Position numbers and translations under genes: made by a program. From positions 682,001 to 746,000 of the forward strand of contig QPMI01000408.1 of the NCBI GenBank assembly GCA_004431415.1: a DNA stretch of 64,000 bases, in the 5' to 3' direction. The notes under the pieces are model-generated. The model made no database searches and had not been told where the DNA came from. It saw only the letters and a program-made list of their open reading frames with translations. Positions 51,755 to 64,000 of the stretch are shown here, in pieces. The DNA is from Cyanophora paradoxa CCMP329. Taxonomy: Eukaryota; Plantae; Glaucophyta. The first letter of the stretch is position 1, and each line of letters begins with the position of its first letter.

Positions 51755-54700
51755 CTAGTGGGCCGGGGCGCCGCCCTCGGCGAACTTGCGGCGCTCGCGG
51801 GCGACGAAGGCCTCGTCGAGGAACTCCTCGAGGAAGTGGAGGAGGCGCGAGGCGTCCATCGCCGTGCTGCGCGCGCGCAAGGGAAGGTGATCATGAGCTC
51901 GAGGCTCGCGGGATTGATGGGGAGGAGGCGATCGCATTCGAAATTAAAAAATATATATCGATGGATGGCTCTAGATCTAGATCTAGACCGAGGTCTGCGG
52001 CCCGCCCTCACCTGGTGATGCCGAAGGAGACGCGGACGGCGCCGCGCCGCTCGGGGGGGATCAAATCCCCGAAGAGCTCGTCCTTGTCGAAGTCCGAGTC
52101 CCCCGCGGCCGCCGCGGCCGCCGCGGCGCCCGACGCGAGGGCCGCGCCCCAGCGCCGCTCGATCTCCAGCATCGCCTCCTCGCTGACGCCCAACACCGCC
52201 TCCATGACTCCTGCACGTGCGCGCCCAGAGGTGGCGTGAGCGTTCAGTTCCGGGCGAGATCTTCGGGTCTTAGGCGAGGATGAGGGCCGGCAGATGTAGC
52301 TATAGGGCGAGATCAGGTATTATCAGATCAGATAATTTAGGGCGAGATAGCTATAGGGCGAGATCAGGTATATTATTAGATGAGATGGAGTGAGCGTTTC
52401 ACATGTACATAGGGCCGCATCAGATCTTATGCGAGGGACGGGCCGGGGCCGGGGCCGCACCGGGGTTGCAGAAGCAGCCGGTGCGGAGGGAGATGCCGCG
52501 CTCCGCGGCGAGCTGCTCGACGAGGCCGTACACGATCCCTGCGCCCGCGCATGCGTTCGTTCGCCCTTCAGACCTCTTCCCTCTTCCTTCGAATTCGCGC
52601 AGAGAAGCAATATATTAATTGGACTCGCCCTTGCCGTCCGCGTCGAAGAGGTTGAAGACGAGCGTCGCCCCGCGGCGCCGCGCCTCCATGTCGGGGTCCG
52701 GCCCGGGGCCGAAGAGCCTCACCAGCGGCCGCCCCGTGCGCGGGTGCCGCAGCGCCGCCATCGCCGGCATCACATGCTTCATGATCGCGAACAGCTGAGG
52801 GCGAGGGCGCGCGGGGGCGGTGGGGGCGGGGGCGAAGCCAGGTCAGACCGGATGCCCCAACGCTGTTATTCTATCTTATCGGTCGACTTTTACGTTGAGT
52901 GATTGCGAGGGTCTAAATTGAACAGAAAGGCCAAAGACCAAGAGCGCCGAACGTTAACGTCGACGCACGCGGTGCTTGAGAGGCGTGAGGTGCTGCCCCA
53001 GGAACTCGAGGCCGATGGTGACGCCCGGCAGCGTCTGGTAGCTCACCGTCCCGTCCTGCTCGCGCGCGCGTCCCGCGCGTTAGTGAGAGGTCCGAACGAT
53101 CCCAGTAGCTAGCTTTAGATCCATTCTTCTCGGAATTCGACGCTTAATAACTTGAGCGGGCGGCGGGCCCGGGCACCTCGAAGACGGCGTGGAGCTTCTG
53201 GAGCTCGGGGCGGAGGATGTGGAACTGGGTCCGCTGCGTGGCGAAGGCGACCGTACCCCCCGCGAAGTAGGGCTTCCGCAGGCGCCCCGCGGCCCCGTGG
53301 CGGATGAGGAGGCAGCCGATCCCCGTCGGGAACCCGAACATCTGAGAAGGAGAAGAGGAGAAGTCAGCGGCGGGGGCTCGAATCTGGGCCGTAATTACAA
53401 ATAGCAAGATATCTAGACATAGAGCGGGCCTTATAGAAGAATAAGGACAGAAGGGCCGGGGCCCTTGTAGAAGATCAAGGACACTAGATATAGACGTAGA
53501 TATAGATATAGAGCGGTCCTTAAGGAATCTAGATCTGGGCAAGCGAGCAAGAGCTAGAGGGCTCGCCTTGTAGAAGGACATGGCGACAAAGTCGGGGCGC
53601 CACTTGGAGACGTCGAGGCTGCTGGTGGGCACGAAGGCCGAGGCGTCGAGGAGCACGTCCCAGCCCGCCTCCCTGCGAAAAAGCGAGCTCAGGACGAGCG
53701 AGTCGGAAGGAAAAGAAGCCGCATGTGGATTCGAACCTGGCGGCGACGATGTAGGAGAGCGGGTGCTTGACGCCGCTCACGTTGGACTGCGCGGGGTACG
53801 CGAAGAGGCCGTGCTGCCCCGCCGGCTTCGACTGCAGCGCGCGCTGCGTTGCGCGGGGCCGGGGTTCAGAAGGCAGCTGCAGCCACCCGGCCCGCGGCCG
53901 GCCAGCAAGCTAGAGCTCAAGGCCGCGATATCGATGTGTCAATACTATTGTGCTTAGTTAAAGAGGACGTACATCGTCAATATCGTGCTTAGATGTATTG
54001 TAAATTATGCTTGTATAAGTTGAATATAGCGCACCGCGAGGAAGTCCTCGTCGGTGAAGAGCTCGTCGGTGAGGGGCACGTACGTGACGCTCGACCCCTT
54101 CGCCCGCGCGAACTGCGGCGCCGCCTCAGGCTGGGGCCGTCGCGGACTGCGGGCCTGGTACTAGACTAGTCGCGGACTTCAAAGATCTAGATCAAGAGTG
54201 CCGAGGCCTAGGGTAGCGCTGGCGATTGCAAGCCTGCAGCTGGGGCGAATTCGAATTTGAGGGGCGGCGGCGGAGGGCCTAGAGCTAGTCGCGGGGCCTA
54301 GCGGGGCCTCGCGGGGCTAGTCGGTGGGGGTGGGGGCCCCGGGGAGGGGCGCGGGGGGGGGGGGGGGGGGGGGGGGGCGGGGAGGGGGGAGGGGGGGGAG
54401 GGGGGAGGGCGGGGGGGCGCGAGGGGGGCAGCTGCAGACCTCGCGGATGCCGCCGACGGAGTTGTGGTTGTCGGCGGAGAGGAGGAACGGGACGCCGGGG
54501 CCGAAGGCGTAGCACTCGCCGACAATGCGCAGCGCCCCCGACGCGTTCGCCGTGAACACCACCGCGTAGTCCTGCGACGCCGGAGCGATCGTGACCGTGA
54601 GCGCGGCGCCGGCCGGCCAAGGCAATGCGCGGGCCCGGGGCCCGCGCGCGGGCCGCGGGCCGCGGGCATGCCTAAGGTGGCTTAGGTGCGGCGGTACAGT

Positions 54701-56607
54701 TGAGGCTAGGCCGTGCCCGGCACGCGTTCCCGGCACGCGCGCCTCGCTTGCACTCTGACCGTACGCGTCCACGGGCCGGGGGTACGAGGCTGGCGCGGGG
54801 GGGGGGAGGGGAGGGGGGTACGGGGCCGGCCACGCACGTCGGGGACGTTGAAGAAGGAGCGTACGGCGTTGCGCGCCCCCGTCTCCCTGCGCGCGCGCGC
54901 GGGGCGATGAGGGGGAGACGAAGAAGGCAAAGAAGCTGCAAGCCCCCCGGAGAAGGAAGTTTAGCTTAAGTTTAATCTTAACCTTAAGTTCAAGCTTAAT
55001 CTTAAGCTCGCGGGCGCGCACAGGGATGATGCGAAGTTGGAGGTGGGGTTCATGGAGTGCGGGTTCCCCAGCACGTTCTTCTGGAGGAACTCGAAGAGGC
55101 GCTGGAGCTGCCGGCCGCAGGCGAGGCCCCCGCCCGTGAAGTCCAGGTACGTGTGCGCGTGCGCCTGCTCGGACCGACGTCGACGTCGACACTCGGTTAG
55201 CTAAGCATAGCGATATAAAGGTTTAATTTAGAACGCTCTGTTGCAACTAGAAGGGCTTGTTATAGCCTATTTCGCTTTGATATCAAGCTATCAGCTCAAG
55301 CTACAAGTCCAGGTACGTATGCGCGTGCGCCTGCGGGGCGGCGGCGGCGGCAGCAGCGGCGGCGGATCGAATCAGCGAACTTGGCTTGCGCGCAAGGCCA
55401 GCCAAGGGCGCCGGCGGCGCCCGCTCCCTCGCTCCCTCCCTCGCTCGCTAGCTTGAGCTCGCGGGCCGTAGGATGGAAGCGAGGGGGCTAGGTCCCTCGA
55501 CCCCGCGGGCGTGGCGGAGGCGCTAGGCGAGCTCCCGTTCTAGAGGCGGCGGCGTCCCCCGTTACCGTTCTCGGGGCGCAGAGATGCGCGCCCGCCCTCT
55601 CGCCCGCGCGCTCGCTCGCCCGCGGGCCGGATGCGCGCGCGCTCGCGCGCGCACGTTGAGCTGGGCGTATTCTGTGGCGCGGAGGTGGTCGAGGCTTGCG
55701 CCTTTCCGGTAGTCCTCGTCCTCCAGCAGCGCCTGCGCGCGCCCGGTAAGATCTAGAGGCTCCAAGGGGGCCAGGGGAGGGGAGAGAGGGGGCGGAGCAG
55801 GGTACGAAGCTTAAGCAGGAGAAGGAAAAAACTTAAAGGGCCCTGGGGTGGGGTGGTGTGTGTGTGGGAAGGGGAGGGGGGGGGGAGAGGAGGGAGGAGG
55901 GGAGGGAGGGAGGAAGGGTGGAGGGGGGGGGGGTGGAGGAAGGGGGGGGAAGGCAGAAGGGGGGCGGCCTAGAAGCTCAGGCGAGAAGCAGGGTACGGTG
56001 CGGAGAAGGAGAAGCTCAAGGGGATCGGAACGGGGCGCCGGTTGGCGGAGATGAACGGGGAAGGGGTCAGCTTGCCTGGAACTGCGGGTGCAGGCCGCTC
56101 CTCTGGTCAAAGACGGGCGCTTCCGGCTCCTGTGCATGCGTGCCGCAGTGCGCGGGGGGGGCGTCAGTCCGCAGCGGCGCGGCCGGCGCGGTCGTGACCA
56201 GCGGTTCGAGGCGGGCGCACGTGGAAAGTGGGCACGGCGATCATCGTCTTCTTGCTCGGGGCGTTCTTGAGCCACGACTTGTGGGATTGCGCGTGCGCGT
56301 GCGCGGCTGCTGCTGCGCCGGAGGCTGCAGCTGGCGCGTTCTTCTCCTCGAACGACGAGATCGCCACGACGAGGACGTCCGAGTTCGAATCGCTGCCAGC
56401 GGGGGTGCTGGTCGCGTTCCGCGACTCCTGCGCCTCGCAGACGGCATCCTCCTTGAACGCGACGTGCCTGCGCGGGCCCGGGCCGCCGGCGTCCTGAATG
56501 TTCGCTGGCGCGGGCGGCGCTGTCACTCCTAGGCCTCCGCTCTTTCCTTTGACGAGGCGTCCGCCGGAGCGCGCCTTGGACTTGCTCCGGCTCTGGCAGG
56601 CCCCCAT
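51755..56607 (-). CDS. Molybdenum-cofactor-sulfurase-like PLP-dependent protein (aminotransferase class V), no MOSC domain
   Basis: TYLDFTGGGL, VLGNPHS, YAVVFTANASGALRIVGECYAF, DNHNSVGGIRE, LFAYPAQSNVSGVKHPL, VLLDASAFVPT, PDFVAMSFYK|MFGFPTGIGCLL (PLP Lys), FE|DGTV, GISLRTGCFCNPG (persulfide Cys), GAVRVSFG. Stop follows soon after. Confidence 0.9.
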
Positions 56608-57599
56608 CGATATCCGTGCGGTCCAAGGCTAGGCTGGAATCAACCAGACGCTGCAGCTTGCAATTCCTACCCAGGCGTCGACTGCTGTTTTACAGCTGCT
56701 CTGCCGCACCAAGGAGCGCTCCGAACCTCCAACCGTGTCCAACGCGTACGCGTGCTCCGCAAAGCCGATGATGTGGCACACAGCCGCGCACTGGCACACC
56801 CTCGCAAAGCCGCTCCGCTCCGCGTGCGGCGAATCCCCGACTCCTCCGACTCCCGAGTCCGCTCCGATCGGACGCCGGCGGACGCGCGGCTCGCGGCGCG
56901 AGATCGAGAGACAGTCCGACGTCGACGGTCAGAGACTCGCCGAGAGTCCGGCGGACTCCGGCCGAGTCGGCCGCAATTGCCCGCAGACTCCGGCCGCAGT
57001 GCGTAGGCGATAAGGGTTGAGGGCGCTTCCGGAGCCGAACCGGTGGGGGAGTGCGTCGGGGGGGGGCTCCGAAAATGCGCTGGCAAAGGCGGTGACGTCC
57101 CCCATTGCGTCCTGGTGGGGGGGAAGGGAGTATGCGGGGGGGGAGCAGGTGTCTAAGTACGTATACCCAGCCAAGCCGAGCGGGCTCAGAGCGGCCGAAG
57201 CGGCTCGGAACGGAGCGCTGCTACGTTGCGGCAAGTTCCGACCACAACGTTAACGGCCTGAACATGCCATGGCCCACCATCTAGCAGCGGCTAGGGCAGC
57301 CATGACCATGAGCCAGCCGCCAGGCTGCCCGGCGGCCGCCGGGCCGATCGATATCATCGGATGACGGCGGCCCCGCGGCTCGCCGGGCATGCGCAGAGGC
57401 GCGGCGGGCGGCGGCGCCGGCGCATTCGAACCTAGGCCTAGGCCTATAGCTAGGCCGGGCGCCTCGATCTAGATCTGATATCGATGCTTTAATTTGCGGC
57501 GCCCTAGCCTTGCTGGCGCGCCCTTCGAGGCTTGCGGACGGAAGGGGGGTGCAAGGCTGCGCGTGCTTGGAACGGCGGAAGGCAAGGATGCATCCCTGC

Positions 57600-57840
57600 C
57601 TGCGGCCGCGTCCGCCATTTCCCAGCGACCCCCGCCCGGCCCGGCCCACGGCGCTGACAGCGCCCGGCGGCCGGCGCCCGCGGACGGACGCGCTCGCGTT
57701 CTTCTGCGAGTGGCTCCTGCTGAAGGGGCCGCTCGAGAAGGCCCGCTTCTTCCTCGTCGCGATCGGCCCCCCAGAGGTAATTCGAACCTGAAGATTCATC
57801 CGAAGATTCGAACCTGACGCCGCCCCGGCAGATACTCGCC
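57600..57840 (+). pseudogene. Isolated relic of exon 4 and flanking introns of the 42-46 kb family
   Basis: TDALAFFCEWLLLKGPLEKARFFL...GPPE|gt at 57682-57777. The upstream sequence resembles the gene A intron (cggccc.cggcgctgac). Confidence 0.82.
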
Positions 57841-58220
57841 CCGGTACCGGTGTGGCAGTCCGTCGCGAGCGGCCAGCGAGAAATTAAAGCTTAAGCTACG
57901 TATACGTATGCCGTCGCGTTGGATTTCACGATCATGATTAATATTATCAGTTTTGAAATTGAATTGAACCTAGTCACTACGTTGTACATTAAAAGCTTCA
58001 AATAGCCTAGCAGAAATGCCTAGCTGATGCGAGTCGTCGGAGTCCAGCTGCTGGCCATGGCCGGTCCGACGATCTGCCCCGATTCTCTAGGGGCGTCTGG
58101 CCGAGAAGAGGCCATCGATATCATGTCATGACGGCCGCAGGGTACCGGTGCGGCTGCGGCGCCAGCGCCGCGCCGGATCGACTCGGTGACTCCACTCGAG
58201 CCCGGCGATCGCGGTATCGA

Positions 58221-61200
58221 TCACGCATCGGTGCCCGGACCTGCGCGCACCCGGAAGAGCAGCCCGTCAGGCGCGGACGGCCGCGGGCGGCGCGGCGCGC
58301 GATCGCTCGCGATCGCGAGGGGCGCGATCGCGAGCGGCCGCGCCGCGTTCAGAAATCGAATTATTTTTGCGAATCGCGAACCGGAGGGGAAAGGGGGCGT
58401 CCGGGATGGAGTGGATGGGTTCGTGGAGGGCGAGAAGGGCGACCCGGCGGCAGGGGCAGAGGCAGAGGCGGCCGGGCCCGGGGCCTCGCGATCGCGAGGC
58501 CCACGATCGCGATCGCGCGCCGCGGGGCTCGCGCTCGCGCCCGCGCCGGCGGCCTGCAGCTGCGGGCCGGCGCCGGCGCCGGGCCCCGGGACGCGCCGGG
58601 ACTCGAAGCCGAAGAGGTCGCGCGGGGGCCGCCCCGCCGCCCGCGCCTCCGCCTCCTCGATGGCCCGCGCGATTGACTGCGGCGAAAGTGGAAGATGAGG
58701 CTGAGGCTCGGGCCGCGAAGCTGAGCTGGGGAGAGCGCCCCGAGGCTATGTATGTACGTGTTCGTGGGCATACCTGCATGCGGGGGCTCTCCGGCGGGAA
58801 GTGCAGCGGCACGCAGCGCGTGTACCACGCCCGCGCCTCCTCGAGCGCCTTCTTCGCCCGCGCGTTGTTCCCTGCATGCAGTGTGTGAGGGGCCGGCGCG
58901 GGCAGCGCGGGGGCGGCAGGACCGGCGAGGAGGTAGGCGCAGCCGAGCTCGTAGAGGGAGCCGGCGCGGGTCGGGGTGCGGCCCTTGGCGTGCAGCGTCA
59001 GTGGGCAGAAATGGAAGGCGGGCGGGCGGCCTGAATCCAGGCCCCTCACTCATGGCGGAGGCGCTAGGCCCTAGTGCATGCAGGCGAGCAAGCTTAAGAT
59101 TCCTAGCCTAGATCCGGATCCAGATGCCCCGCTCTTTGGCCCACCTTCGTGTCCACTATGGGCAGCGCCAGCATGAGCTCCATGGTCTTCAGCAGCCGCT
59201 TCAGCGGCAGCAGCGTCCGCGCCACCTGCCGCGGGGGTCAGGTTCAAGGGCCGCGGGGGTCGGATTCATTCGAAGGCGGCTGCGGGCGGGCGCGGGCCTC
59301 TGAGGAGGGGTCCTGCGGGTGGCACCAGAACCAGCGGAGGAGGGTCCAGCCCGACCAGTGCACGGACCACTGCGGGGCGCGGCGTCAGCTCCAAGACTGA
59401 AGACTGAAGACCGAAGACTGTGGGAGGGCGGGTGGGCGGACGGACCGCCTCGGCGCTGCCCTCGAGCAGCGAGAACCAGCGCTTGATGTCGCGCCGCGCC
59501 TGCGCGCGCGCGCGCGAGGGGCCGCTCAAGATTGGAAGGGAAGAATGAAGGAAGGAAGACAGGGGCCGAGGCCGGAGCCGAGGCCGGAGGGCTCAAGCTG
59601 AGAGGGGGCGGGGCGGGGGCGGGGGCGGGGGCGGGGGCGGGCCTGCAGGACGCGTACGCCGCCGGTCTGTCTGTAGAGGACGGCCCTAGAAGATACATGT
59701 AGAGAACAGATAGACGGTAATAGAGAGCATCTTAGAAAGGAGCTAGAAAGAAGCGTAAAATCCACAAATAAGCGGGGCGGGGCGGGGGCGGGGGCGGGGG
59801 CGGGCCTGGAGTACGCGGCCGGTATGGCTAAGCATGATCCCCCTGTTCCCGAACGAGCGCGCCCCGATCTCCAGGTACGCGGGGTGCAGCCCCTCGAACG
59901 CCTGCGCCGAAAGGCTCAGGTGGGCGGGCGGATGGCTGCACAGGGGGCGGCGCCATCGGGCGCGGGCCGGGCGCGTGCCTCGACGGCGCGTGTGAGGCTG
60001 ATTTGCTAGCTCATTTCCTTTCTAGTGCCTTCCTTGACTCTATGATACGACTTCCTCCTAATGTTCGTTTTTAGTTTTGACGTGTATATATGCGTGCCTC
60101 GACGGCGCGTGTGTAAAGGCCGATCGCCTCCTCCACGCGCTTGTTGATCGCGTACTCCACCGTCGCTGGGAGGGGGGGGGGGGGGGAGGGGAGGGGGAGG
60201 TCAGAGGGGGAGGGGGAGGGGGAGGGAGTGGCGGAGGGGCGGTGGGGGGGGAAAGGAGGGGGTACCGAGGAGGTGGAGGGCGTTGCCCTTGTGGAAACGG
60301 TCGGCGGGGTCCGAGGAGGCGTCGAAGTAGTAGAGGCGCGCCGAGAGGCTCCGCGCCTGCTCCACCTTGCCCAGGTACACTGGGGGGTACGATGGTTAGC
60401 TGGTCGGTTGGTTGGTTGGTGGGTGCACGTGGGTGGGTTGGTTTAGTTGGTAAACAAAGGCAAGGTGGTTGTTGTCATAGAGGCGAGCCGCGTCGGCGTT
60501 CGCGTTCCCCGCCGGGTTCGGGTCGGCGGCGCGTGGCGGCGCGGGGCGGCGCACTGAGCAGCTCGAGGATGTGGCGGAGGAGGGTGGCCTCCAGGCGCGA
60601 CGGCGTGAGCTGGGCGCGGATGAGCTCGGACCAGGCGGCGAAGGCCTCCTCCAGGGCGCTCTCCCAGAAGCCGTGGTGGAAGAGGGCCAGCGAGCGCTGG
60701 TAGAGCAGCCGGCACCGCAGCATGGGCTCCTGGGCGGACCAGGGCTCGACGATGGCGGCCGCCTTGCGGAGGAGGAGGCTGCAGGGGGTCCAGGGGAGGT
60801 ACAGGAGGTCGGGAAATGTGACGGAGACTTCCATGGAGGAGGCGGCGAGGACGCCGTAGACCCGGTCGAGGGCGGCCTCGGCGTCGGCCTGGCGCTCGTA
60901 CTCCTCGGGGATCGCGAGGGCGGCGGAGGCCATCGCGTCGACGGCGACCCCGACGGCGGCGTAGGCGCCGGCCCCGCGCAGGTCGTGGAACGCTCGGCGC
61001 CTGTTCGCCCGCCCGCCCGCCCGTCAGCGCGCGCCGCGCCGCGGGGGACGGGCGGGGTTGGGCGGGGCGGGGCGGACAGTGCGTGGCGGCCTCGGGCGTG
61101 ACGACGGCGGCGGTGCAGAGGAGGCGCGGGTCCTTGAGGATCTGCGGAGCGGGTTCGGGCTCGGGCCGGGTCCGGGTCCGGGGATCGGGCGCTGGGGCGG

Positions 61201-63409
61201 GACAGGGGTGCTCACGGAAAGGAGACGGAGGACGGCGGGGCGGCCGGAGAGGGCGCCGGGCGCCCGCGCCGCGTCAAAGTCAGCGAGGAGCATCGCAGAC
61301 TCGTCCGGCGCCAGGCGCCCCGGCGGAGGCCGCGCTGGGCCGCTCCCGGGTACGCCCCACGGCACCACGCGCACCGCCTCCCTGCCCGCTTGCTCGGCGC
61401 GCAGCGGCGTGGCGCGGCGCGGCGCGGCGGCGCGCGGCTCGGCGCACTCGGGGGCAAGCCAGTGTGAGTGGTCGGGGCGGGCCGGCCCGTCCCCCGGCCC
61501 GTCCTCGTGCCTGCGACCGGGCCGGGCCGGGACTGCTCGAGCGGGCGGGGCGGGCGGGGCGGGGCGGGGCGTGCGGGGGCGCACCCGAGGGAGGTGGCTC
61601 TCGAGAACGTGGCCGTGAGGAGGTCCACCACGCCGTCCAAAGGGGCCGCCTCGCCCCACCCGGCCGCCCCGGGGTGCGCCTCCGGAATCGGGATCGCGAA
61701 CCTGCCGGCGGTCAGCGGGGCGGCGCGGCGCGGGGCGAAGCGGAGCCGGACCAGTCGCCGAAGGCCGTTGGCGCAGTGGCGGCGTCGCCGAAGGCAGCGG
61801 CGGCGTAGGCGGACTGGGGCCCCGCGGATTCCTCTTCCCCCGAGTCCAGGGAGACGTCGGACCCCGAGCTGGTCTCCGTACCCCCCAGCCGGGCCCCCCG
61901 GCTGCCCGGCGTGGCCCCCGGCGCCTCCTGCGCGCCCCATACGCATCGACGGTCGCCCGCCCCGACGCCCCATATGACATGGGCGGCGGCGGCGGCCCGA
62001 GCGAGCGCGCGCGCACCGCGCTCGAGGGCGACGAGGCGCTCTGCCGCCCCGCGCTCCGCCGGGCGCGCTTCGCCGCCGCCGCCGCCGCCTGCCCGGCGCC
62101 TGGCCGCCCCTTGCGCGCCGACTTCGGCGCTGTGCGAACGAAGGGTCGCCGGGGCCCCCGGAACGCACGGGAAGCTCTATGAGGCATCAGGGGGCGGACC
62201 GTGGGTGCGCGTGTGGACGAGGACGCGGCCGTGCACCGGGGGCGCTCCCGGCGCCTCCACCCGCAACTCAAAGCGGCGCCCCTCGTGCCGGTGCTGCCGC
62301 AGGCGTGAGGCGCCCGCCCCGCGCCCGCGCCCCGCGCCCCGCGCCCCGCGCCGCTACGGACCGAGGGGGCGAGGATGGCGAACGCCTCGTGGGAGAGGCC
62401 GGCGCGGTCGAGGGTCAGGCGGCAGGCGCGGCAGCGCCTGCCCTCGCCGGCCCCCTCGAAGAAGAGAAGGGGCAGGTCCGCCGGGTCGCCCGTCCCCACC
62501 ATGCTCGACCCGTACAGCACAGGCGCGCCGTCGCCTGAGCGCGCCCGCCTCGTCCGTCAGTCCGCGAAGGGGCGGGGCCCGGGGCCCGGGGTCCCGGGGC
62601 GGGGGCGCGCCCTCGTAGCGTAGGGAGACAGTGATGGGACAGCCGGCCCACTGGCCGAGTGCCGCGCCGGAGGCGTCGCGCAGCTGCAGCTTCACGCGAC
62701 GCGTCGTGATCGCCGTGTAGGCCGCGAAGTCCGCCCCCTCCGCGTCCGCCGCCATCGGCGAGTAGACCGCCGCCCTGCGCCGCCCGCCGCGCGCCGGCGC
62801 CTCGCGATCGGCGCCCTAAGGAGCTCCAGCGACGCGCGCGCACGCACCGGCTCCGGCCGCGGTTCAAGAGGAGGAAGGTGGTGCCCCACGCGCCCGCCGC
62901 GGCCGCGGGCTCTCTCTCCGCCTTCAGCTGCGCCCCGCCGTGCGCCCGCGCGTCCAGCGCCAACGCGCCGTCATCCTCCGAGCTCTCCACGGGACAGACG
63001 CGCCGGTCCCGGCGCCTCCCCATCTGCATCCGCGGCCGGTCGTTGCCGCTTGGGCGCCCTGGCGGTCGCTCTGTTCCGCGGCTCGGGGGCGGGCAGGCAG
63101 GGCGAGCGTGCATACCTTGATCTCGAGCCGGGAGTTTGCGTGCTGTGCGCCTACCAGGCTAGCCCGCCGATGGCTGCCCAAAGTTGCCAAGTTGCGTCTC
63201 GCGGCCTGCGGGCGGCCCGCGGGTCGAACCGGGCGACTCGGCAACCTCGCTCTGCAGTTAAACCTGCTGCTAGCTATAGGGTTCACCAAGCTTGAGCGCC
63301 GGCCGCGGCCGCACAGCTGCTGGGCACGCGTACGAGGCGATGGCCGAGATGCCCACTCAGCGCAGATCATATGCCGTACCCGTGCCGCTGGGTCCTCGGT
63401 CCTGCGCAT
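58221..63409 (-). CDS. Large multi-exon protein with C-terminal TPR-like helical repeats; both ends uncertain
   Basis: Spliceable exons include LRCRLLYQRSLALFHHGFWESALEEAFAAW, VYLGKVEQARSL, KGNALHLL|ATVEYAINKRVEEAIGLYTRAVE, ARSFGNRGIML and AGSLYELGCAYLLAG|NNARAKKALEEARAWY, which are TPR-like. Confidence 0.6.
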
Positions 63410-63782
63410 GCGCTCCGGAATCCGGAATCCGGATCCGGATCCAAATCAATGGGCGTCGACCTTGATCGGAGGCACCCGCGCGCGCCGGCGCCGGGGGCCG
63501 GTCCGCCTGGCGGCGCCTGCAATTGCCCTAGGAGTCGCTAGGGACCTAGGGTAGAGGCTACTAGGCTAGACCTGCTAAGCTGCCTACTAGGCTAGCCGCT
63601 AGCTGGCCTAGATCTAGAGTCCATCCTTGTGCCGCTTGAGCCAGCTGCAGGCCATGCTATTGAAATTGCGAGGCCAGCACTACCGATCCGGTGGTGCTAG
63701 CAGCCACCGTGGCACGACGAACCACTCTCGCCCTCCCCCGCCGGCGCCTCGGCCGCCCGCAGCCGCGGCCGTTGCGCAGCGG

Positions 63783-64000
63783 CTACGAGGAGGCGGCACC
63801 TTCCTCCCCCGCCCCGGCGGCGCCCGGCTCCTCTACCAGCATGGGCTGCGGCGAAAGGGCGCGGCGGCCCCGGCGGTCAGGGTGAGGCCGGGGGGCTTTT
63901 TTTTGAAGCGGCTTTAAGGGGCGTCGGCCGGATTCGAGCCGGGGCCGGGGGCGCGCACGAAGAGGCGGTCGACGAGGTCGCCCATCGCCGGCGCCAGCGG
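63783..64000 (-). CDS. 3' end of a gene continuing beyond the window
   Basis: PLAPAMGDLVDRLF|gtgcgc...ctgac...cag|PMLVEEPGAAGAGEEGAASS*, with a typical donor, branch point and acceptor. Confidence 0.5.
   Translation of the reverse strand, partial: AGAGDGRPRRPPLRARPRPRLESGRRPLKPLQKKAPRPHPDRRGRRALSPQPMLVEEPGAAGAGEEGAASS

Overview
GC-rich, very intron-dense eukaryotic nuclear DNA. Most long ORFs in the six-frame track are GC artefacts, so I rebuilt genes by hand from GT/GC-AG splice sites. A nuclear ClpP whose transit peptide starts MASF and has no signal peptide points to an alga with a primary plastid, most likely a glaucophyte (Cyanophora-like); this is inference. About 18 genes: a short-type ABCC transporter (partial), a parallel beta-helix protein, an F-box/LRR-like protein, XRCC3, an alpha/beta hydrolase, a DDX3/Ded1 helicase, NDUFB2, SNAPIN, an atypical Rab-like GTPase, a coiled-coil protein, a PPR protein, plastid ClpP, two genes of an unrecognised ~260-aa repeat family (plus two relics), a myristoylated EF-hand/Cys-Pro/stalk protein, a MoCo-sulfurase-like PLP enzyme, a TPR-like protein and one gene end. 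Non-coding features include a hAT-like MITE, a CACTA- or Helitron-like element and intronic tandem arrays. The most interesting signals are: (1) the locally amplified, gene-converted unknown domain family at 42-46 kb; (2) dead copies of that family, which show decay by short palindrome-creating templated insertions and may explain the polylinker-like intergenic DNA; (3) domain-wise TpA enrichment with CpA/TpG depletion, a RIP-like or non-CG methylation signature; (4) the unusual EF-hand stalk protein; (5) frequent GC-AG introns.
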